From Bacteroidota bacterium (GTDB lineage: Bacteria > Bacteroidota > Ignavibacteria > Kapaibacteriales > UBA2268), in the NCBI GenBank assembly GCA_022707965.1, contig JAKIZO010000002.1:33841-97840 (forward strand): a stretch of DNA of 64,000 nt, in the 5' to 3' direction. The position numbers and the translations under genes are program-made. Positions 50,782-58,819 of this stretch are shown here, piece after piece (position 1 is the first letter of the stretch; the number at the start of each line of letters is the position of its first letter). A model generated the notes under the pieces. That model did no database searches and had not been told where the DNA came from. It worked only from the letters and a program-made list of their open reading frames with translations.

Positions 50782-51711
50782 ATGAATGATTTAACAAAAA
50801 GAGTATTAGTTGCCGCCGTTGGAATTCCGTTTGCTTTGCTTATAATTGTGTTAGGCGGTTTTCCTTTTTTTATCACTGTCTCGTTTATTTCATTGATTTC
50901 ATTGCTGGAATTCTACTCGCTTGCGGAAAAAAAAGGATTTGCCCCGCACAAAATTAATGGGACAATATTTGGGATTATCCTTCAGATGGTGTTCTTTATT
51001 CAGTTCAGCCATTTTGGGAAGCTTAGTCCGTTTATGTCGGCAATATTGATATACCTGTTTTTTGTGCTTGTAACACTGATTTGCGAGACGTATTCGAAAA
51101 ACCCGAACAAAATAGCAAACGTCGGTGTTACTGTTCTTGGGATATCGTATATTTCGATATTTTTTATAACGTTCTATATAATGCGGGAGTTTAATTATTT
51201 CCTGTATTTGTTTGATATTCACGTAAAATCCTTTGCGCTTGGTCAGAATTTTGCACTACTTACGCAGTTGCTTAAAATTGCACCTGAACGGTGGGCTTTT
51301 TTGATTATCACAATGCTTGGGTCAATTTGGGTGTGCGATAGTGCCGCATATTTCATTGGCAGAGCGATTGGCAAGCACAAACTTTTCGAGCGCATTAGCC
51401 CGAAAAAAACAATCGAAGGAGCAATTGCTGGATTTGTGTTTGCAATATTGGCGTTTGTCGGACTAGGAGAATTGTTTTTGGCTGAAATACCGGTAGTGCA
51501 TTTTATTGTAGGCGGTTCAATAGTCGGGGTGTTGGGACAATATGGCGATTTGGCTGAATCAATGCTGAAACGCGACGCCGGCGTAAAAGATAGCTCGAAC
51601 CTATTGCCCGGGCACGGCGGCGCACTCGATAGGTTCGACAGTATTTTGTTTGTTTCTCCGTCTTATTTTATATATCTGAGTATTGTAATATTTTTTGATT
51701 TAGGGATATGA
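50782..51711 (+). CDS. cdsA: Phosphatidate cytidylyltransferase
   Basis: SDSAAYFIGRAIGKHKL, SPKKTIEG, and the C-terminal signature KRDAGVKDSSNLLPGHGGALDRFDS. Confidence 0.9.
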   Translation: MNDLTKRVLVAAVGIPFALLIIVLGGFPFFITVSFISLISLLEFYSLAEKKGFAPHKINGTIFGIILQMVFFIQFSHFGKLSPFMSAILIYLFFVLVTLICETYSKNPNKIANVGVTVLGISYISIFFITFYIMREFNYFLYLFDIHVKSFALGQNFALLTQLLKIAPERWAFLIITMLGSIWVCDSAAYFIGRAIGKHKLFERISPKKTIEGAIAGFVFAILAFVGLGELFLAEIPVVHFIVGGSIVGVLGQYGDLAESMLKRDAGVKDSSNLLPGHGGALDRFDSILFVSPSYFIYLSIVIFFDLGI

Positions 51712-52265
51712 GCAGAACAGCACTAATTGCCGTAGCGCAAGGAACAGAGGAAATTGAAGCAATCGCTCCGGCTGATTTATTGCGCCGGGCAAACTTCAAC
51801 GTAAAAATTGCAGGCGAAAACGAGATTATCACTTGCTCGCGCGGTGTGAAAATTATTCCTGACCTGCTTATCGAGCAACTCAATAGCGACGTCGAATTCG
51901 ATATAATCATTCTTCCGGGCGGTCGCACCGGCACTTTGAATTTGCTCAACAACGATAAACTCGAAAAGCTACTTCGCAAGCACTACGAGCGTGGCGGCTG
52001 GATTGGAGCAATTTGCGCCGCACCGACTATTCTCACGCAACACAAGATTTTGCCTAAGGGCTCGCCCGTTGCGGCACACCCATCAGTTCGCGAAATGCTG
52101 GTCGAGTATGATTATTCAGATGCTGCGGTTGTAGTGTATGAACGTTTCATTACAAGTCGCGGTGCGGGCACAAGCATAGATTTCGCTCTGAAAATCATCG
52201 AACTACTGCTAAGCAAAGAAACCGCCGACCAAATAAAAAGCGACATTGCTTATGATAGATTGTAG
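51708..52265 (+). CDS. DJ-1/PfpI-family protein
   Basis: Nucleophile-elbow Cys (GAICAAP). 185 aa. Overlaps the cdsA stop by 4 nt. Confidence 0.85.
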   Translation: MSRTALIAVAQGTEEIEAIAPADLLRRANFNVKIAGENEIITCSRGVKIIPDLLIEQLNSDVEFDIIILPGGRTGTLNLLNNDKLEKLLRKHYERGGWIGAICAAPTILTQHKILPKGSPVAAHPSVREMLVEYDYSDAAVVVYERFITSRGAGTSIDFALKIIELLLSKETADQIKSDIAYDRL

Positions 52266-52377
52266 GGGCAATTCTTGAATTGCCTCTACATAGAACCTTT
52301 GGAACATTTCCATATTGGTAGCATAGACATTCCTGTCTGTGAAATTCACATCGCCATAACCTTCCGAAGGTTTTTTT
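52262..52377. repeat. Composite repeat: C variant (52262-52289, overlapping the DJ-1 gene stop codon), A (52317-52341), B (52358-52377)
   Basis: GTAGGGGCAATTCTTGAATTGCCTCTAC. GGTAGCATAGACATTCCTGTCTGTG. ATCGCCATAACCTTCCGAAGGTTTTTTT. Confidence 0.9.
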
Positions 52378-52401
52378 AATAAACGTGTTGCGTCGAAACA
52401 G

Positions 52402-53721
52402 CTACTTCTTATTAAAAAGGAATTTGCCGTCGCTTGTGCAATCGATGATAAGTGTGTCGCCCGCAGAAAATTCGCCCGAAAGCAATTTCACTGCGAGTGG
52501 GTCGGTAAGATGCTTCTGTATTGCACGTTTCAGCGGACGAGCACCATACTGAATGTCGTAGCCAAGAGTTGCCAGCCAGTCTATTGCCGCATCTGTAATT
52601 TCAGCGTTGATGCCATTTTTGCTAAGCTTGTCGAATAGCGATTTTAGTTGAAGTTTTGCAATTTCCCTTATATCCTCTTTTGTGAGCGGATTGAACATTA
52701 CAATTTCATCAACTCGGTTCAGAAATTCGGGGCGAAGTGTGCGTTTGAGCAATTCGATAATTTTTATTTTCAGTTCGGCAATGATTGCTTCGCAGTTGCC
52801 GCTTTCGAGTTCGTTTAGTTTGCTCTGAATGATTTCCGTTCCAAGATTAGAAGTCATAATGATAATCGTATTTTTAAAATTGACGGTTCTGCCTTTGCTA
52901 TCGGTAAGTCGACCATCATCAAGGACTTGCAGCAGAACATTGAACACGTCGCTGTGCGCCTTTTCGATTTCGTCGAGCAGTATCACCGAATACGGGCGGC
53001 GGCGAACAGCTTCGGTAAGCTGACCGCCTTCTTCGTAGCCGACATAGCCCGGCGGAGCGCCAATTAGCCGCGAAACGGAGAATTTCTCCATATATTCGCT
53101 CATATCAATTCTAATCATTGCGTTTTCGTCGTCGAAAAGGAATTCCGCAAGCGCTCGTGCTGTCTCGGTTTTTCCGACGCCGGTTGTCCCAAGAAAGATA
53201 AACGAACCGATTGGGCGATTTGCGTCTGCCAGACCCGAACGCGAGCGGCGTATTGCATTGGCAATTGCTGTGATTGCTTCGTCCTGGCTGACGACACGCT
53301 GCTTAATTCGCTCCTCCATCTTCACAAGCTTCGTCTTTTCAGTTTCGAGCATCTTTTGAACGGGAATGCCCGTAGATTTAGAAATTACCTCAGCAATATC
53401 TTCCGAAGTAACTTCTTCTTTGAGAAGTTTCTTGTCTTTTTGCAACTGACTAAGTCGCTGGTTGGCATCGTCGAGCTTGCGGCTAAGCTCGTAGAGTTTG
53501 CCGTAACGAAGTTCGGCAACTTTCGAGAGTTCGCCTTTGCGTTCGAGTTCTTCGGCTTGGTGCTTCACGTTCTCGATTTCGACTTTGATTGCTCTAATTT
53601 CGGAAATTAGATTTTTCTCCGCTTTCCAGCGCTCTTCGAGTTCGGATTTTTGTTTTTTCAGCAATTCGAGTTCCTGCTCGATTTCTTCAAGCCGTTTTTT
53701 TGTAACTTCCTTAGAATCCAT
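52402..53721 (-). CDS. clpB: ClpB-like AAA+ chaperone, C-terminal half only (M-domain coiled coil, NBD2 and C-terminal domain)
   Basis: Coiled-coil M-domain sequence. NBD2 Walker A GTTGVGKTE, Walker B VILLDEIEKAH, and RPEFLNRVDE. No N-domain or NBD1. Only 78 bp separate the start from the upstream gene. GGAGGTG lies 8 nt before the ATG. Confidence 0.8.
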   Translation of the reverse strand: MDSKEVTKKRLEEIEQELELLKKQKSELEERWKAEKNLISEIRAIKVEIENVKHQAEELERKGELSKVAELRYGKLYELSRKLDDANQRLSQLQKDKKLLKEEVTSEDIAEVISKSTGIPVQKMLETEKTKLVKMEERIKQRVVSQDEAITAIANAIRRSRSGLADANRPIGSFIFLGTTGVGKTETARALAEFLFDDENAMIRIDMSEYMEKFSVSRLIGAPPGYVGYEEGGQLTEAVRRRPYSVILLDEIEKAHSDVFNVLLQVLDDGRLTDSKGRTVNFKNTIIIMTSNLGTEIIQSKLNELESGNCEAIIAELKIKIIELLKRTLRPEFLNRVDEIVMFNPLTKEDIREIAKLQLKSLFDKLSKNGINAEITDAAIDWLATLGYDIQYGARPLKRAIQKHLTDPLAVKLLSGEFSAGDTLIIDCTSDGKFLFNKK

Positions 53722-53729
53722 AAAAATAA

Positions 53730-53766
53730 CACCTCCATTTTTTTATTATTGACGTAAATGGAGGTG
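53730..53766 (-). promoter_or_regulatory. 11-bp perfect hairpin whose 3' arm contains the Shine-Dalgarno sequence of the half-clpB gene (terminator of the porin gene and/or a translational control element)
   Basis: Minus strand reads CACCTCCATTT - 15-nt loop - AAATGGAGGTG TTATTTTT ATG. The anti-SD CACCTCC pairs with GGAGGTG. Confidence 0.5.
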
Positions 53767-53799
53767 AATTATTTAAAAAAATTCATTTTTTATTAATGG

Positions 53800-55008
53800 T
53801 TAGATACCAATTTCAGTATTAAATCTAAATAGCCAGTTTTTCGAAATTGCTGATGTTTGCTTATTTTCGAGTGTGTTGTGAGTGATTTCTAATTGAAATT
53901 TAGCGCGATGCGAATGCAAATAATAAGTAGAATTTAATGTGATATTTCTATTCCATTCGGCATCTTTCAGACCGTAGATTTTGCTTTGCGGTTCGACAAT
54001 AGCCAATCGGGCGGCGAGTTCGATGTTGTTGTGGAAAAGGTAGGACGCTTGCAAAAGATAGCCGTCGCCGACATAAACATACTGAATATTCCCGTTTGCG
54101 TCTTTTGTAATTGGGTCTTTCGAACGGCGGTTAGCATATTCACCATAAACAGCAAAACCCTTGTATTTGAATATAAAGTCGGCAAACGCACCGGTCATAT
54201 CGCGAGGTTCGTAGAGTTTTTTGCCGAGTTGACCGCGAGTGCGAGTAGATTTTTTATTATCGGAATAAGCCGCCGCAATCGAGAGTTTCGGAGTGCTTTC
54301 GCGTACTAAATCACCTTCGAAATAGTCGCCGCCATCGGTGAATTTGCCGAAAGGCAATAGTTCAATTCGACCTGTGTAAGCGAAATTAGCACCTTCCATC
54401 TTAGGAGCGTAGCGTCCGTCGCCAGTGGAGACAGCTGCCCGCAAGTTGTAAGGCATACCCAGTATCGAGCTGGAATAATTTGTTTGAATGCCGAAGTCTC
54501 TATCAAGAGTGAATTTGGAGTTGACAATTGAGCGTTCGGCAAATTGCAAGTCGCCCGAAGAAATCACTCGCTGGCGGTTGCCTGGAAGCTTGGTTTGCCC
54601 AACTCCTATCTGGAAATTCTTCGAAAAAGCCCAAAAAGCCATCGCATCGCGAATTATATTGGGGTATTGCGTGTCCTCGTAGTCAAGGTCGCCACGAGCA
54701 AACGAAAGCTGCAAATTGAAAGTAAGTCGCGGGTCGTAGAGAAAACCACCAAAACGCAAACGCAGACGGCGAACGCCCAAATCAGAACTTGCAATATCGA
54801 AATCATCTTCCGATTTGGTATTGAGCGTAATTGAATTTTGAATGCGAAAACGCATAATTACTTTTGTTGAAGTGTCGGGGGCGATAAACTGCATTCCTTT
54901 ATCATCAAAATCGAAACTTGCGGACGAACGACGCGTTTCCTGCGCACTTATTCTTCCTGCAAAAACTGCGATTAACAGAAAACAAACGGTAATTAATCTA
55001 AATTTCAT
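53800..55008 (-). CDS. Outer-membrane beta-barrel porin (possibly phosphate-selective porin O/P family)
   Basis: Signal peptide and alternating amphipathic beta-strand pattern over 402 aa. Family assignment is tentative. Confidence 0.55.
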   Translation of the reverse strand: MKFRLITVCFLLIAVFAGRISAQETRRSSASFDFDDKGMQFIAPDTSTKVIMRFRIQNSITLNTKSEDDFDIASSDLGVRRLRLRFGGFLYDPRLTFNLQLSFARGDLDYEDTQYPNIIRDAMAFWAFSKNFQIGVGQTKLPGNRQRVISSGDLQFAERSIVNSKFTLDRDFGIQTNYSSSILGMPYNLRAAVSTGDGRYAPKMEGANFAYTGRIELLPFGKFTDGGDYFEGDLVRESTPKLSIAAAYSDNKKSTRTRGQLGKKLYEPRDMTGAFADFIFKYKGFAVYGEYANRRSKDPITKDANGNIQYVYVGDGYLLQASYLFHNNIELAARLAIVEPQSKIYGLKDAEWNRNITLNSTYYLHSHRAKFQLEITHNTLENKQTSAISKNWLFRFNTEIGI

Positions 55009-55104
55009 AAGCCAAACAAAATATTAATAATACAATTACAAAAAACACAAAAATAAAAAAATGAGCCGAAAAAGATTAATTTTTATTCGGTGTGGAGATT
55101 GAAG

Positions 55105-55389
55105 AAACCTTCGGAAGGTTCTATGCCTCGAAATATTCGACCAACCTTGAATAAAATAAACCTATTTCTCTGCATTGGAAACCACAGACAGAAATGTCTG
55201 TGCTACCGCTGATAAATGGGAAACCTTCGGAAGGTTCCCGTCCTTCCGAAGGTTATAAGCGTTGCAATATTCGACCAACCTTAAATGAAATAAACGTATT
55301 TCTCTCGATTGGGAACCACAGACAGGAATGTCTATGCTACCGAATAAAAAAACCTTCGGAAGGTTCCCGTCCTTCCGAAGGTTCTATGC
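55105..55389. repeat. Tandem array (period about 115-135 bp) of inverted-orientation composite units: B, linker, A(-) at 55183 and 55317, with B pairs at 55221 and 55350
   Basis: AATATTCGACCAACCTT[G/A]AAT[A/G]AAATAAAC..TTTCTC..GGAAACCACAGACAG[A/G]AATGTCT[G/A]TGCTACC occurs twice. AAACCTTCGGAAGGTTCCCGTCCTTCCGAAGGTT occurs twice. Confidence 0.9.
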
Positions 55390-55411
55390 GTTGTGCTAAT
55401 TTAATTTTCAA

Positions 55412-56329
55412 TTATTTTGAGTATATCATCTTGCCTTCTAATTTTTTGCCATCATCGAGCGACACGATATAAAGATATGTCCCCGGCTTAAAATTTTTCA
55501 CAGTGCTTGCCGAAAAAGTGATTTCGTTTTTGCCTTTGTTAAGTTTCCCTTTGAAAATTTCAGCAACAAATTCGCCATTGATATCAGACAAATTAATGCG
55601 GGCGTTCTGCTCTTTATCGGAATTCACTGCAATTGTCGTCTGGCTGGAAAATGGATTTGGGTAGTTGGTAACAGTGTTCAAATTAGCATCGGGACGAAGG
55701 CGTTCAGCTTTTTCAATGAAATTGCTGCCGTCCCAGAGCATAAATCTCTCAATATCAAATCCTCTGTGTAGTCTCATTCTATCTTGCATAGGACCGAAGT
55801 CTGGATTTGGTGCGTCCGGTCGCGGTTGCTTTTTGTCCTTGAAGTTCGGGCGTTCGGGCTGGATTTTCTCTAATTTTGGTTCAATATCCTGCAAAATCCA
55901 GTTATTGTTTTTGATGATTTTGTCGACTTCATCGAAAATTTCTTGCATTTTCTGGCGGTGCTGTTCCATTTCGGCGCGAAACTTCTGGCGTTCTTCGTAG
56001 TTTGGTTTTTTTTCGCGGTTTGGACGAGGCTTTTCGGTGCGCTTTTTCATTGCTTCTTCGCGAAGTTCAGCGGCGCGTTTGCGAAGTTGGTTGAGATTAT
56101 CGAGGTCAGTTTTGCTCAGTCGGTTGTCGAGTTCTTTTTTCAGTTCTTCTAATTTTGGAAGCATTTCGTTCTGGCAATACTCGCGGAATTGTTTTCGCGC
56201 GTCGGGATTGGGGCAGTTTGCAGCTTTGCCGCGACCGCCGAAGCCACCGCGTTGAGCAAGCAGCTCTTGCATTGGGAAAATCACTGCTAAAAGAATTGTC
56301 GCTGCGATAATCAATGTTTTCGATTTCAT
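55412..56329 (-). CDS. Secreted charged helical protein with a T9SS C-terminal sorting domain
   Basis: Signal peptide. Lys/Glu/Arg-rich helical middle region. C-terminal NYPNPFSSQTTI..GTYLYIVSLDDGKKLEGKMIYSK (Por_Secre_tail). Confidence 0.7.
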   Translation of the reverse strand: MKSKTLIIAATILLAVIFPMQELLAQRGGFGGRGKAANCPNPDARKQFREYCQNEMLPKLEELKKELDNRLSKTDLDNLNQLRKRAAELREEAMKKRTEKPRPNREKKPNYEERQKFRAEMEQHRQKMQEIFDEVDKIIKNNNWILQDIEPKLEKIQPERPNFKDKKQPRPDAPNPDFGPMQDRMRLHRGFDIERFMLWDGSNFIEKAERLRPDANLNTVTNYPNPFSSQTTIAVNSDKEQNARINLSDINGEFVAEIFKGKLNKGKNEITFSASTVKNFKPGTYLYIVSLDDGKKLEGKMIYSK

Positions 56330-56450
56330 TTTTTCTCCGTTCTGTGTTTGTGAAACAAATTACATTCATTTGACTTCAAATTTTGAAAAAGGTTTAATTA
56401 AAAAATCACTTTATTAGTCCATCCTAATAATTCTTTATTTTGCAATAACT

Positions 56451-56458
56451 TAAATTTG
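56451..56458 (+). promoter_or_regulatory. Candidate -7 element (TAnnTTTG) for the Fe-S oxidoreductase gene
   Basis: TAAATTTG lies 47 nt upstream of the ATG at 56506. Confidence 0.35.
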
Positions 56459-56505
56459 CTTTATTTTTGTTTTTTGAGTTTTTGTAAAAAATAATTGTGA
56501 GAATT

Positions 56506-58506
56506 ATGGAATTTGGTTTAAAAAATTTAATCTTTGTTTTTGTCTTTTTAGCCGCATTCGGATTTTTCACTAAAAATGTAGTTCGCCTCATCAGCTACTT
56601 GAAGCTTGGGCAAGCGGAAAACAGAACAGACAACATTGCCAAACGCCTGTGGCTTGCGCTGAAAGTGGCAATTTTCCAGACGAAAATATTGCGTGAAGCA
56701 AGCGGCGGAACAATTCACGCCTGGATATTCTGGGGATTTCTTATTTTACTTTTCGCTGCGTCGAATTCTGTTTTCACCGGCTTTGGAATTCACCACATTT
56801 ACAATTTTCTTGGTCCGATTTATTCAGCAATTACTTTCTTCATCGATTTATTCTGCGTTCTGATAATTATTGCTGTGGTGTGGGCTTTGCTACGCCGATA
56901 TGTGCTGAAAGTGAAACGCCTGCAAGTAGAAGGTGAGCAGCTCGAAGCAGGCTTTATTTTGATGATGATATTTGTTATCGTTAGTTCGCTACTAATTGAA
57001 AATGCAACAGCAATCATAACAAGCACAGACGCAAGCAATGCGTTCCGCCCGATTTCGGCAGCAATCGCACCGCTATTTTCGCCGCAATCGGCGTCGACAA
57101 TTCACGAAATTGCGTTCTGGGTGCATATTCTTTTCATCTTTGCTTTTATGAATTATCTGCCCTACTCGAAGCATCTTCACGTTCTGACCTCTGTTCCGAA
57201 CGTATTTTTGGGTTCACTCACCCCTGTCAATAAGCTTAAACCTATAAATTTCGAAGCAGAAGGCGTAGAAAAATTCGGTGTTGTCGATATTGAAGACCTT
57301 ACCTGGAAGCAATTGTTAGATGGATACACCTGCACCCATTGCGGGCGATGCACAAGCGTTTGCCCTGCCAATACAACGGGCAAAAAATTAGACCCACGCG
57401 AAATTATAATGCAAATTCGCCATAGAACTTTCGATGCTGCCCCAATTTTGCTGAAAAAGCAAAAAGAAAATGCTGAAATTTCGCCCGAAGAACAGGCAAT
57501 TCTGGATAAAAAGTTTGTCGGCGAATACGAAGATGTGGAGGCACTCTGGCAATGCACTACCTGCGCCGCCTGTATGCAGGAATGCCCCGTGATGATTGAA
57601 CACGTTCCCGCTATTATCGATATGCGCCGCTCGCTTGTGATGATGGAAGCCAATTTCCCGTCGCTGCTGCAAAATGCTTTCGGCAATTTAGAGACGAACG
57701 CAACACCCTGGGCGTTCTCGCAATCCGATAGAGCCCGCTGGGCAGAAGACCTTGGTATTCGTCAGGCAGCCGAACACCCCGAATTCGACGTTCTTTTCTG
57801 GGTTGGTTGTGCGGGTAGCTACGACGACCGTGCTATTAAAATTTCTCGTGCATTTGCCACTCTTATGCAAAAGGCAGTTGTAAATTTCGCCATTTTGGGA
57901 ACAGAAGAACAGTGCACCGGCGATGTCGCTCGCCGCGCAGGCAACGAGTATTTAGCCGATATGCTTGTCAAAGCAAATATTGAAACTTTGAACCGCTACA
58001 ACGTTAAGAAAATCGTTACTATTTGCCCTCACTGCTTCAATACTCTGAAAAATGAATATCCTGATTTTGGTGGCAATTACGAAGTTGTCCATCACACCGA
58101 ATTTTTGCTTAATTTGATTGAAGAAGGCAAACTAAAATTGAAGCAAAATGGTGCTTCGAAGCAAATTGCTTACCACGACTCTTGCTATTTGGGCAGATAC
58201 AACGAAATCTACGACAAACCACGAACATTGCTGAACAAAGCCGGCTTCGAAATCAGTGAAGTCGCTCGCAGTGGCGACCGTGGGTTCTGCTGCGGTGCCG
58301 GCGGCGCTCAAATGTTTATGGAAGAAACCGAAGGCAAACGCGTAAATATCGAACGCACAGAAGAACTATTAGCAACGGGTTGCTCGCAAATTGCCGTTAA
58401 TTGCCCGTTCTGCACAACTATGATTACCGACGGAACGAAAGCCAAAGAAACAGAGAACGTTGCCGTTCGCGATATTGCAGAAATTTTGCTCGATTGCGTA
58501 GAATAA
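56506..58506 (+). CDS. Membrane-anchored Fe-S oxidoreductase (NarI/DsrM-like TM domain, 2x[4Fe-4S] ferredoxin and two CCG domains; HdrD/DsrK/GlpC-like)
   Basis: About five N-terminal TM helices. CTHCGRCTSVCP and CTTCAACMQECP clusters. CCG-type motifs (CPHCFNT, CCGAGG, CPFC). Confidence 0.8.
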   Translation: MEFGLKNLIFVFVFLAAFGFFTKNVVRLISYLKLGQAENRTDNIAKRLWLALKVAIFQTKILREASGGTIHAWIFWGFLILLFAASNSVFTGFGIHHIYNFLGPIYSAITFFIDLFCVLIIIAVVWALLRRYVLKVKRLQVEGEQLEAGFILMMIFVIVSSLLIENATAIITSTDASNAFRPISAAIAPLFSPQSASTIHEIAFWVHILFIFAFMNYLPYSKHLHVLTSVPNVFLGSLTPVNKLKPINFEAEGVEKFGVVDIEDLTWKQLLDGYTCTHCGRCTSVCPANTTGKKLDPREIIMQIRHRTFDAAPILLKKQKENAEISPEEQAILDKKFVGEYEDVEALWQCTTCAACMQECPVMIEHVPAIIDMRRSLVMMEANFPSLLQNAFGNLETNATPWAFSQSDRARWAEDLGIRQAAEHPEFDVLFWVGCAGSYDDRAIKISRAFATLMQKAVVNFAILGTEEQCTGDVARRAGNEYLADMLVKANIETLNRYNVKKIVTICPHCFNTLKNEYPDFGGNYEVVHHTEFLLNLIEEGKLKLKQNGASKQIAYHDSCYLGRYNEIYDKPRTLLNKAGFEISEVARSGDRGFCCGAGGAQMFMEETEGKRVNIERTEELLATGCSQIAVNCPFCTTMITDGTKAKETENVAVRDIAEILLDCVE

Positions 58507-58530
58507 TTTGCGCTTTATTAATCGCGTTTA

Positions 58531-58756
58531 TAACCTTCGGGGCTTTACTTGTAATTTCCAGGCTGAGAACGACTAAAGCCTCTAATTCTAACTGCTCCAA
58601 CGCTTGGCTTTACTTGTAATTTCCAGGCTGAGAACCTTCGGAAGGTTTGGAACCTTCCGAAGGTTTTTATAAAAAAGGTAGCACAGACATTCCTGTCTGT
58701 GTGTCAGAAACATTCAGCCATAGGTGGCTTGAACAGACAAGAATGTCTGTTCTACC
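58531..58756. repeat. Repeat cluster: 30-bp perfect direct repeat (58541-58570 and 58606-58635), B pair (58627-58668), inverted doublet of module A (58677-58701 plus strand, 58731-58756 minus strand)
   Basis: GGCTTTACTTGTAATTTCCAGGCTGAGAAC occurs twice. GGTAGCACAGACATTCCTGTCTGTG, 29 nt, then GAACAGACAAGAATGTCTGTTCTACC. Confidence 0.9.
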
Positions 58757-58763
58757 AAATTAA

Positions 58764-58790
58764 CAAAGGCTGCCATTGAAGCAGCCTTTG
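58764..58790. terminator. Terminator-like hairpin between the convergent Fe-S oxidoreductase and phosphoesterase genes
   Basis: CAAAGGCTGC - CATTGAA - GCAGCCTTTG (perfect 10-bp stem). Flanking T runs are modest. Confidence 0.55.
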
Positions 58791-58819
58791 TTGTATCGTT
58801 GAAAAACTATTTCCCAATC

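Noticed and set aside
52402-53721. Annotating the half-clpB as a pseudogene
   Set aside because: The ORF is uninterrupted, starts at an ATG with a strong SD, and retains all NBD2 motifs. Without the rest of the genome I cannot distinguish a remnant from a functional truncated or split gene, so it is kept as a CDS and flagged.
55194-55472. 92-aa ORF with GKPSEGSRPSEGYK..HRQECLCY..KKPSEGSRPSEGS
   Set aside because: It is the translation of the tandem repeat array and runs into the 3' end of the opposite-strand gene.
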